A model generated the notes under the pieces. It saw nothing but the letters and a program-made list of their open reading frames with translations. It ran no database searches and was not told where the DNA came from. Positions 24,400-33,781 of a DNA stretch of 64,000 nt are shown here, piece by piece; position 1 is the first letter of the stretch, and the number at the start of each line of letters is the position of its first letter. The stretch spans positions 62,001-126,000 of the forward strand of contig LVLI01000146.1 in assembly GCA_001687465.1 (NCBI GenBank), given 5' to 3'. This stretch comes from Halocafeteria seosinensis (taxonomy: Eukaryota). Both the position numbers and the translations under genes were made by a program.

Positions 24400-27300
24400 T
24401 TACTCACCGTCGAGATGTTTCCTTAGACGGTTCATCAACGTGGCCTTGAGGCCAGTGGAATCCAAGCCACGTTCCTGAAGAGCCTCTCGCAATTCGCCCA
24501 CCTTCATTGATTGTATAGGCATCTCAGGTTTCTGGGGATACGCAGCCTTACGGTTTCGGAGACGATTTATCAATTCGGCTTTTCTGCCAGTATCATCGAG
24601 CCCATACTGGCGAAGTCGTTGTTTCAGGTCGGACACCTTTAAGGATACATAGTCTTCCTCCTGTTCCTGAGGCTGCTGAGGCGCTTCCTCAGAAGTTTCT
24701 GTCTGTCCTGCTTCCACAGGGGCACTCAACCTCTGTATCAAGTCGGCCTTCTTCCCGCTAGTGTCCATTCCTTTTTCTCGCAGCAGCTGTCTTAACTCAG
24801 TCACCTTCATCGAAGCAAGCATTTCTTTGTCCTGCTCAGGAGCCGATGCAGCCTCATCCGCAGCAGCAGAGCAAGGACCTCCTTGTAGTCTTTCGATCAA
24901 CTCTGTTTTCTTTCCGTTGGTTGCCATGCCCAATTCCTGCAACCTTGCACGTAACTGAGGTACGGTCCACGAACTGTAATCGGTTGGAACCTCCGCGTCC
25001 GTGTTTGCTGCTTCTTGTGCAGCTTCGGTCTCCTCGGTATCCTGTAAACCATCTTGTAGCCTAGAAATAAGTTCTTGCTTCTTCCCATTCGCGGGTAAGC
25101 CACGATTTGTTAGCTCCTTGCGCAGTTGCGTTACCGTCCACATGCTGTAGTCTATCGGCTCTGCTTCGGCAGGTGGTTGCTCAACTGCTCCGTCGGCGAC
25201 CTGAGACGTTGCGGATAGTATCCGATCAATAAGTTCCTGCTTTTTCCCCACCGAGCTTAAGCTGTACGAGTTGGCAAGTTCCCGAAGCTGCGGAACCGTT
25301 CGCTTCTGTAAATCACCGTGGGTGAAAACTGGGGATTCTTCAACGTCTTGTTGCTCTTGGTCTTCCTGGGAATCTTCCCTAGTTTCTTCACCTTCCATTT
25401 TTGTATCATCATCAAAAACCTCTGCCGAGCTAACTTCACGGTCCCGAACATCCCCTTCCCCGCTGGTTCGGCGGCGCTTCGTATCATCAGTGGCCTCCGG
25501 AGTCTCAGTACTGTGTCGTTTGACAGACTTCGAGCGCCGGTTCTGGAAACCTGGCGTCGAGTACCGTGCTGACATTGAAAATCGTCCGGGGGTTGTGCCG
25601 ACATCTGTCTCCACTTCTGACTCCGAAATCGTTTCGAGCTCAGGAGAGAACACGTAGCCTTCTTCGCTATCGTATTCTTCTTCTTGATCATTACCAGTTT
25701 CTTGCACCCCAGCGTCAGCTTCTTCACCTCCGCTTAACTCCCCTTCTTCCGGACCTTCGTCCTCCTCCGCAGGTTTGCTATTCAAGTCATTATGCCCCTG
25801 TAGCTCATCGGGTTCAGCCTCTTCCTCTTCCATTTTATGGGTGTCCTCAACGGCACCTTCAAAACGGCCGGTAGACTGTTCAGCAGCTAAATCATCTTCG
25901 GTAGCTTCCACTGGCCGCTGTGAATCCTCCTGTTGCACATTGACTTCGTCTGATTTTCCCTCATCATACACGGAATATAACACCCCCATCCCTTCTTTTG
26001 GAGGTGCTTCTGCGTCATCGTCACGGGCCCCCATGGCAACATCTTCCCGCTCCACATTTTCATCTTCCCCTTCGAAGAACTTATGGTCGTTGGGACGATC
26101 CAACCCTTCGCTTAGCCCCATACTCTTGCGCGCAGCATATCGACTGTGCAGGCCACTACCATCCTGTACTCCTTCCTCATTTCCGGCACCAGCCTCCGCA
26201 ATTTCTTCTTGCAAAGCAGGATCCATCCTTAAATGACCGTTGAGGATCAATGAAGAAATATCTTTGGAGCTTAAATTTTCCCAATCAATCTCTTGATCTT
26301 CTCCTTCGGCTTCGGGTTCTTCATCCCCAAAGCCTTTCTGATCTGCCTGCGTGAACAGGCCTTCGGCGGGTTCTATAACAGAGCGGATGACTTCACCCTC
26401 TTCCCCAAAGAACAGATGGACATTTCCGTTTTCGGAGTGTAGGGATCGGTACGAGGTTACACCTGCTTCGTGAAGACTTTGCGCTTGCTCTTCATCAAAG
26501 TGCTCTGAAACATCGACTTGATCCACCGCACTTGCTCGATTGGAAGAACCGGTACTTTGACGTCGCGAGCGGATTGCTTCTCTGATAGGGGTAGCAAGAG
26601 CCTTCCTAATGGAGGTATCCACGTTGTTCACTTCATCCGCAGATTCCTGATAATTTTCTATATCCTGCTCGTTGCTTGCGGAAAACAATTTTCCCACGGA
26701 AACAACCGCCGAGGCTGGGCTCTTACCCGGAGTTCTGCGTGACCGCGGCGTCGCATTCTTCAAGGATACAGGTGTCTTTGTAGACGTGCCCTTGTACGCA
26801 GACTTAGCACCGTAGCTTTTTCGCAGCTGCTGGATGTCTTTTCTCACAGGAGTTGCAAGCTTCTGGTTGTTTGCATCTTCGGCCGCTTCTCGTTCCTCTT
26901 CTTCATCTTCAGCAGCTGTAGGAAGCTCAGACTTCTTTGAGGTAGAACTGCGAGCCACTCTCCTAGAAGACTTTGCTCCGGAACTCTTTCGGTGCTTTTG
27001 GATCTCTTTACGCAAAGGCGTGGCAAGCTTATCTCTAGCAGCTGGTTCTACGCTATCATTCGAACTGGTATGACTTTCGTAGCTCCCCTCTGAAGGCTTG
27101 CGAACAGACCGAGCACCATAACTCTGCCTCGGGGCTTGGATTTCTTGACGCAGTGGAGTAGCAACCGTGGATTTTGCTGGCAACCCTTCCGAATAGTCAG
27201 TTTCTGCTTCGCTGTCCTTGTAAGCAGATTGAGCCCCGTAACTTTTCCTGCGAGATTCAATGTCATTCCTAATTGCTTCGGGGATTCTACTTGCGGACTC

Positions 27301-28608
27301 CTCTTCTGGCACATCCTGGCTCGACTCAGTTGCTGTTCCTTCCCCTTCGTTGGTGTCAGGCCCCGATGGTCCGCCAGGGTTGCTCTCTTCAAATGTAGTG
27401 TTTGCAGATTCAGCGGCATCCTTCGGGAACATGTAAGAGGACTTCGCCCCGTAGCTCTGACGTCGTTGCTCAATATCATGTTTGAGAGGGGTTGCGATTG
27501 TCCCCTCGGTCGTATTGAACTGGTTATCGCTAATAGACTCGGGCTCATCATTTCCACTGTCATGATGTTGTTCGTCAGTAGCATTTCCTTCAGATGACGC
27601 CTCGCTATCAGCGTCATCTTCTTCGGCGTTATCTGAGTCGCTCCGATCATTTGACCTCTCAGTCTCTTCTGAGGCGCCCATGACTTGGTCTTCAGCCTCA
27701 ACTTGCTGATTGCCGCTCTCTTCATCAAGAATTTCAATATCCGAAGAGTCACTTCCATCGTCTTCATGCGCAGGCGCTTCCTGAGTCTTGACAACAGACT
27801 TTGCTCCGTAACTTTGTCGCTTGCTTTCAATAGCCTGTTTCAACGGCGTCCTCAAATGGGTGGTAGAAGTGGAACCCGCGGGGGAATTGTCGTCGAAGAA
27901 TTGATGCCGAGGAGTACTCTCAAACCCTCCCTGATCAGTGAAAGAATCTTGTTCACTTTCGACAACTTGAGGTGCTGGTGCTCGAGGAGTCTGGTTTTCG
28001 GCTTCAACAGAATTGTTCAAGGACGCAATCCGTTCTTCTCGTTGTTCTTGATGACTTTGACTTCTCTCCCTAAGGCTTTGTAGGGATTGTTTCCCAGTTG
28101 ATCCCATAGATTTCCGTGCAGCCGGAGACTTCGAGGTTTGAGAGGTATCTACGTTGCGTTCTTTGAGCACACTATCCAATGCAAGAGTCTGTTCGAGAGA
28201 ACCGTAGTCCTGACTCCCTTGGTAAGGCTGCGGCACAGTTTGGAGTTTCTCAGGAGTGGGGAGGTTCTTGTATTCATCCATATACACGAACTGAAACCGG
28301 CGATCGCTGATATGGAGCATATCACCGTCACGCAGACAAAGCGGTTGATCGCTAAGAAGGTCATTGTTCACTCGAATTGGGTTCGTTTTGGACAACTGGG
28401 TGAGCCAAACACGCTGATTTTCCACAGAGAGCATTGCATGCTCACGTGAAACATCAGGCCTGCGGACACGAATGTCACTGTCTTGGCATCTACCCATGAG
28501 GGCATCCGTTTGCAGTGGGAATCTGCCTTGCTCGTTGCCATTGCGTCCAAAAACGATTAGTTCTCCGTAGACGGGAGCGTCATCGGTTTCTATATCAAGG
28601 GCTTCCAT
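24400..28608 (-). CDS. FHA (Ki-67-type) + 7 internal repeats + acidic region + 6 SAP domains; putative chromatin/mitotic chromosome protein
   Basis: 1402-aa single ORF. FHA: GR..SDIRV..PDVSREH...SKTNPIRVN...LRDGDML.I.DRRF. Six SAP motifs of type (T/K)VxxLRxxLxxxGLxxxGxKxELIxRL at about 24403-25315. Confidence 0.92.
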   Translation of the reverse strand: MEALDIETDDAPVYGELIVFGRNGNEQGRFPLQTDALMGRCQDSDIRVRRPDVSREHAMLSVENQRVWLTQLSKTNPIRVNNDLLSDQPLCLRDGDMLHISDRRFQFVYMDEYKNLPTPEKLQTVPQPYQGSQDYGSLEQTLALDSVLKERNVDTSQTSKSPAARKSMGSTGKQSLQSLRERSQSHQEQREERIASLNNSVEAENQTPRAPAPQVVESEQDSFTDQGGFESTPRHQFFDDNSPAGSTSTTHLRTPLKQAIESKRQSYGAKSVVKTQEAPAHEDDGSDSSDIEILDEESGNQQVEAEDQVMGASEETERSNDRSDSDNAEEDDADSEASSEGNATDEQHHDSGNDEPESISDNQFNTTEGTIATPLKHDIEQRRQSYGAKSSYMFPKDAAESANTTFEESNPGGPSGPDTNEGEGTATESSQDVPEEESASRIPEAIRNDIESRRKSYGAQSAYKDSEAETDYSEGLPAKSTVATPLRQEIQAPRQSYGARSVRKPSEGSYESHTSSNDSVEPAARDKLATPLRKEIQKHRKSSGAKSSRRVARSSTSKKSELPTAAEDEEEEREAAEDANNQKLATPVRKDIQQLRKSYGAKSAYKGTSTKTPVSLKNATPRSRRTPGKSPASAVVSVGKLFSASNEQDIENYQESADEVNNVDTSIRKALATPIREAIRSRRQSTGSSNRASAVDQVDVSEHFDEEQAQSLHEAGVTSYRSLHSENGNVHLFFGEEGEVIRSVIEPAEGLFTQADQKGFGDEEPEAEGEDQEIDWENLSSKDISSLILNGHLRMDPALQEEIAEAGAGNEEGVQDGSGLHSRYAARKSMGLSEGLDRPNDHKFFEGEDENVEREDVAMGARDDDAEAPPKEGMGVLYSVYDEGKSDEVNVQQEDSQRPVEATEDDLAAEQSTGRFEGAVEDTHKMEEEEAEPDELQGHNDLNSKPAEEDEGPEEGELSGGEEADAGVQETGNDQEEEYDSEEGYVFSPELETISESEVETDVGTTPGRFSMSARYSTPGFQNRRSKSVKRHSTETPEATDDTKRRRTSGEGDVRDREVSSAEVFDDDTKMEGEETREDSQEDQEQQDVEESPVFTHGDLQKRTVPQLRELANSYSLSSVGKKQELIDRILSATSQVADGAVEQPPAEAEPIDYSMWTVTQLRKELTNRGLPANGKKQELISRLQDGLQDTEETEAAQEAANTDAEVPTDYSSWTVPQLRARLQELGMATNGKKTELIERLQGGPCSAAADEAASAPEQDKEMLASMKVTELRQLLREKGMDTSGKKADLIQRLSAPVEAGQTETSEEAPQQPQEQEEDYVSLKVSDLKQRLRQYGLDDTGRKAELINRLRNRKAAYPQKPEMPIQSMKVGELREALQERGLDSTGLKATLMNRLRKHLDGE

Positions 28609-29844
28609 GGTGAAGGCTTAGTATCTGTCGACTCGATTCCAAGGGGAGATGGACTCTGCGCCGGAAAAAAAAAGCAGGGATGACGCCCAAATCCAAAACA
28701 CATCCCATGGGTCGATTCAACACTTCGCGTGTGAGCTAGATGACGTTTTTACCTAACTACTCATGTTACTTGGTTTTTATGAGGATCCGTAGAAAGTACC
28801 GAATAAGCCTCCGAAACGACCCACCGGAGCAGCCGTTAAGCCAACTTGTTGCGAGAACACCCTGTGTAAACGGCTCCCCTCAAGACGAAGCACGACACTC
28901 ACGCAGGCACATTTGCCTACCATACGTACTGTATGGGTGGAAAAATACCCTATCCTCCCCTTGTACAAGTGCAGTAGCAATTTAACACCCTTCATTGTAT
29001 GCCCTCGCCGTGTATGGGTCCTGTTTGCTCTTCGCCAATCTCGACTCTTTGGGGAAGTGGTTCCCAGGCTCGAAATATACGCTCCACTTACCTACAAAAT
29101 ACTTCCGCTTCTCTTTAATGCAAGGCAACACATTCACTTACACATTCATTTTTGGTGGGAAAACACAATTAATTCAACCCATTTCTGGCTACTTCGTATA
29201 GGCGGGCACACTTCCACAAAAAATTTTCGCGCCACAAGTTAGTGCGCGTTAAATTGTAATTGCGCCAAATTCTACGTCAGGATAGAACTGGCCATTACTA
29301 TGTGTGTGCTATTATTTTGGACATTGAGAAAATGCGTAGCCTACGAGTTGTGACCCATCCAGTTCTCTACATGCATGCATGCCGGCTGGGGTTGCCAGCT
29401 TGGAACCGCGGAAGGCGAGAAATGCAAGAGCCTGACAAGACATCCTCCTGCACCTATACTGCGTTGATATTATCATAATCGTGGAAAGACTATAGCATTA
29501 TTGAATTTATTATTATAGCGGCAGGGTGGCCCACATCATTCGCGAGCGACCGAAGACACCTCTGCTGGACACACTTCCTTTAGACGCTAGCACCCGAGGC
29601 AAATAATGAACCATTGATAAGCAATGGTCAATAGCAGTTCAACATTTCTCTTCATGTGTATTCCTTAAGAAGTAATCACTACCATGGTTCGCCCTGTCCA
29701 CAAGATGACTTCCACAGTGGAAGTTCCACTCTTCCCTTGAAGTTTGCCAAGGGCATAGGTTGTAATTCAAACAGTGTCAAACACATGCGACTTGATAGTG
29801 TTGATTCCCAGTTCGGTCGATTTTCCACATTGTGTTTGAGCACT

Positions 29845-30591
29845 ATGTCCTCTATTCAAGCGGAGTATGACCAATCCATGCGCGTCGACGCCATCAGCAA
29901 GGCAGCGTATCGTAACAAGAGCATGCTGCTGTTGGCGTTAAGCTTTGCTGATGTGGGGCTAAACAGCTTTGCTGACCATTATCATCGCCCAGATGAGGGC
30001 CGATGGTACCCTATGGTACTTGTCGGGTACGTTCAAAAGTGTCATATCCCATGATTGCAGTGTATCACACTTTATGAGTCCCTACAGTTTGCAATTCTTG
30101 ATCCAAGTGCTGAACCTCCTAACCGTCTCCATGATGTTTTTTGGGACCTACGTGGTGCAAGTGGGTCTCTTGAATATATTGCTACGACGCTTCCGGATCT
30201 CTGTCGGTATTATAACGGCGTACTTTGTTATTTTCCTCATCTACGCTGCGGTGAAATCGGTATGTGTTCCCTATTCAGCCTCGTACACTTAGTGAGCTGG
30301 ACCTTCTACGCCAAGTATTTGAATTCCAGGTGGAAGTTCTAGGAGAGAAAAGAGGACGTATTGAACTATGGGATCAAGATGGCTTTCTTGCAGTTTTTAT
30401 GATACAGAAAATCGGTACGTTCTCGCCATGGTTAGCCATTACTGCTTTAAGGAGCGTGCAGGGGTGAGAAGTCTTGTTGATCTGCAGCCGTCTTCGTCTA
30501 CTACGCTGCCCTTCTGTTTACTGTCCTGAAGCTGGGCGAGAGCAAATGGTACATTCCCTCGATATGGTTCCACCATTTAGAAAGCACATAG
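29845..30591 (+). CDS. TMEM138: Transmembrane protein 138 (ciliary membrane trafficking), multi-exon
   Basis: Spliced: DVGLNSFAD, FLIQ...MFFGTYVVQVGLLNILLRRFR, WDQDGFLAVFMIQKI|AVFVYYAALLFTVLKLGESKWY. Confidence 0.85.
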
Positions 30592-30617
30592 TGCTATCAA
30601 GGAGAGTCGGATGTACA

Positions 30618-32207
30618 TTAGTGCATACTATTACTAGCATTGTCAGCGATATTGAAAGCGGTAGTTGCTCCTGTGATGGCTGGAAGCATCGTATCCCTCA
30701 GGAAGCTTACTCTATCTGCTTGAGAGGAAAAGCGGGGATTCCACTCATAGAATGGGACTGTAAATACACGCCATTGCGTGCATTGCTCAAATAATTCCAG
30801 TCGGAGTAACACAGAGGGGAGCACCTCCATGGGCTCATCCCATTCGGCTACCGCCGGTTGCTCAGGAGGACGCAGAAACGATTCGACATTAACCGAGGCT
30901 TCTACAGGAGCGTTATCTAGCACCTGCTTACACCATGAAATATTATCCTTGAACAACCTTTGCGATGCCGTTGGCCCCCTTTCCGTTGACGAACCTGCTG
31001 TCCGTTCTTTGACAAGGGTGCTGTCGAAGAGAAAATGTTGGTTGCCGAGAACCTCTATTGATGCGCATTGGACCGGAAAAGCTAGATCACTAAGTAAGGC
31101 TGCTTCACGTATGAACATATGCGGCACGTAGCATCGATCTGTTGCTTTCCTCAGCATGGCTTCCACGTCGCCGAATTCATCAGCTAGGGATATGGAGTGC
31201 GCCCACAGGGTCCACTGTTTGTCGCGTTGCAGATCGGTCAACGCAGCTTTCCTAGCCGTCCTCCGTATGTAGCCAAGGAACCCTTTCCATCTTATCCAAT
31301 CTTGCTCACCAATATCAGTAGAACCTGGGGGAGCTATTGTTTGAAGTGCTCGCACCGAAAAGTATATCTGCCTAGCCACTTCCAGTGGTGGTTCGATCTG
31401 TCGTCCTTGCGAAATCGTGGTCGCTAACGTGTCCAATACAATGCGATACAAGTCTATGTCTGTTTTCCAGATGCGTCCCAGAACAAAAGAATACAAAATG
31501 GCTGATAAGCTGGTCACATCCATGCAAGTGTAGCCATCTCTGAGCTTCTTGGCAGTGGTGTAGAAACACTGCTCGGAATTCCATCCAAGATGTGCAAACC
31601 CACTAATCAGCTTCACTGCTTCATTTGTCGTAAATTCTTCGTGGCTCTCATTGTACACGTGTTCAAAGACACTCATTAACCGCGGACTGCGCTCTGCCGC
31701 AATAGCTAGCGAGTAGACCAAAGTGGATATGTCACCGCAGGTGAATTTCCCATCTATAGCATGCCGAAAGACCAGTGGTTCAAGTTGCTCTCTCCAGAGA
31801 TATCGTAGTTCTTGCCTGATTTCCGGTACGTGCGCTTGGCGAATCAGCTTACATACTCCCGTTACTAGAGATAACAAAGCTCGCTTCCCGTCCAGTTGGT
31901 GAGGCAACCTTTGGGAAATGAAGTCGATAAGGCTCTGAATGGTCGGTAAATGGTCCGGAAGGATGCCGTGGTTCCCCATTCGCGCCAGCGCCACCGCCAT
32001 CGAATTGACCGAGAGTGCCTCTTGATGCGCATGAATGATGTCCACAACATGAGAGCTAGTTTGTGAGGTGGTTAACTCGTAAATCAGTTGATTATCGCTG
32101 CTGCCACTGTAAAGGCGGCTGAAGACAGCTCGTTGGAGCACCGCCAAGTGGAACCATCGATTGCTTTTGGAGATACAGCAACCCGACGTCCATATTAAGC
32201 GCTGCAT
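30618..32207 (-). CDS. FASTK/OPR-like helical-repeat protein with C-terminal RAP domain, probably organelle-targeted
   Basis: Arg/Ser-rich N-terminus; helical repeats (DISTLVYSLA, EAVKLISGFAHLG, SLSAILYSF); RAP-like 'DLAFP..ASIEVLGNQHF' and 'WRVFTVPFYEWN'. Confidence 0.85.
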   Translation of the reverse strand: MQRLIWTSGCCISKSNRWFHLAVLQRAVFSRLYSGSSDNQLIYELTTSQTSSHVVDIIHAHQEALSVNSMAVALARMGNHGILPDHLPTIQSLIDFISQRLPHQLDGKRALLSLVTGVCKLIRQAHVPEIRQELRYLWREQLEPLVFRHAIDGKFTCGDISTLVYSLAIAAERSPRLMSVFEHVYNESHEEFTTNEAVKLISGFAHLGWNSEQCFYTTAKKLRDGYTCMDVTSLSAILYSFVLGRIWKTDIDLYRIVLDTLATTISQGRQIEPPLEVARQIYFSVRALQTIAPPGSTDIGEQDWIRWKGFLGYIRRTARKAALTDLQRDKQWTLWAHSISLADEFGDVEAMLRKATDRCYVPHMFIREAALLSDLAFPVQCASIEVLGNQHFLFDSTLVKERTAGSSTERGPTASQRLFKDNISWCKQVLDNAPVEASVNVESFLRPPEQPAVAEWDEPMEVLPSVLLRLELFEQCTQWRVFTVPFYEWNPRFSSQADRVSFLRDTMLPAITGATTAFNIADNASNSMH

Positions 32208-32635
32208 CGCAGTGAAAAACCCATGGTCACCGTTGTCAAAGTTTGCCCTTGACGTTACAATCCAAATTTGGAGACTTGTTTGATTCCAGTGGTTTCACAA
32301 GAAGATCGAGAAAAGCAACGCCGCTTCTTCTGCAAAGAACAATGAAGGCAGTGAGGAACAGGCCGCGGAGTGTAGTGGCACTGAGCCCGAGACCAAGACC
32401 AAGAACACTGGTTGTCGTCAAAGAGGACCTGCTCCGTGGGGTGTCCTCGCTTCGCTAATCTGCCTGTGAAGTTCGGCCAATGGGGAGCCTTATGGATCAT
32501 ACAAGGGATTCCAGGTACCTGTGGTAGTTGTTGGGCTGGCTCAATTTGGCAGAGTTGTTAGTGTAGATTATGCTATGGATGCTTCCGTGCGGTGTTGTAC
32601 GCTGTCCATGAGGAATCTAAACGAAGAACAGTAAA

Positions 32636-33264
32636 ATGGAATTTTGGATTGAGAAACTGAACATGGAACAACACCCGGAAGGGGGATACTGTGCCGAGAC
32701 ATACACGTGCAAGTCTAGAATTGCTGCGTGTAAGTCGATAGTAACTGTATCAGCATCACTTATCTGCGGCATAAGGATGTCTTGGGTTTGCCTTCAGCGT
32801 CGTTTTCGGATGATCCTGCTACAAAAGAGGCATCGACCATGACGGGAATATATTTCTTGCTGGAAGAGAACGACGTATCCGCCCTCCATAATCTTTGCGA
32901 TTCTGATGAAATGTGGCATTTTTATGATGGCGATCCGCTTATTATCCTTGAGCTCGAATGGAGCCCCGAGCAAGAGAAATACACAGTACACCAGACCAAA
33001 CTAGGGAATCCGATGACCAGTTCGGAGGAGCACCAGGATGCAGTCCCACAGCATGTTGTCAAAGGTGGCCGGTGGTTTGGAGCTGTCCCCGCAAAGCCTG
33101 CTGGCAAAAGATATAGTCTTGTGGGTTGTACATCATCTCCAGGATTCACCTTCCATAGGTTTAAACTTTGCGACAAATCACTTGCCTCGGATCTTCAGCT
33201 GAATTATCTAGAGCAACCAATACCACCCTCCTTGGAGACGTTGCTACCGAAGAAGGAATCCTGA
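32636..33264 (+). CDS. Cupin_5 / DUF985 family protein (1 intron)
   Basis: LNMEQHPEGGY..ETY, TGIYFLL, SALH..SDEMWHFYDGDPL, PQHVVKGGRWFGA, YSLVGCTSSPGFTF. Confidence 0.95.
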
Positions 33265-33781
33265 GACTTACCCATCCTTCGTGGTCAAAACAATGTTGAT
33301 ACGACTTGCAGAACTTTGTTTCTATCCAGTCATCCTCATGATCTCGGAATACGGGGTATCGATAACGCGGAACAATTAGATGTACTGTGTTACTCTTAGC
33401 AACTTTGATAGGAGCACATTTTGCGTAACAATTTTTACCATGGATTCCAACATACGACATTTGTCACACAGGAACCATGTCCGCAATTCCTAGTGTACTG
33501 ACAGACTGACTGTACCTAGTGTACATGGCTACATACACATACAGTATATGTAATCTTCAGCGGTTGATATTCAGACGCGCATCACTTAGTGTTGTTGTGG
33601 TATTGATGCTGTAACAGATATGTACATGCTCCAGACTTCTCTTGTTCGAATGAGGTAGTTGGGGAATTCAAATTCAATGTTCCCAACCAATTTGAAGTTG
33701 GGGGCAGCTATTGACTCGAGTTTTTGTTGGGTTGTTGGCTACCTCTATAGGAACCCATCCTCAGAGAAAAAGTCAGTTACC

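Noticed and set aside
1..28608. Functional cluster of TOP2 with the Ki-67-like gene
   Set aside because: They are 22 kb apart with unrelated genes in between; no evidence beyond chance linkage.
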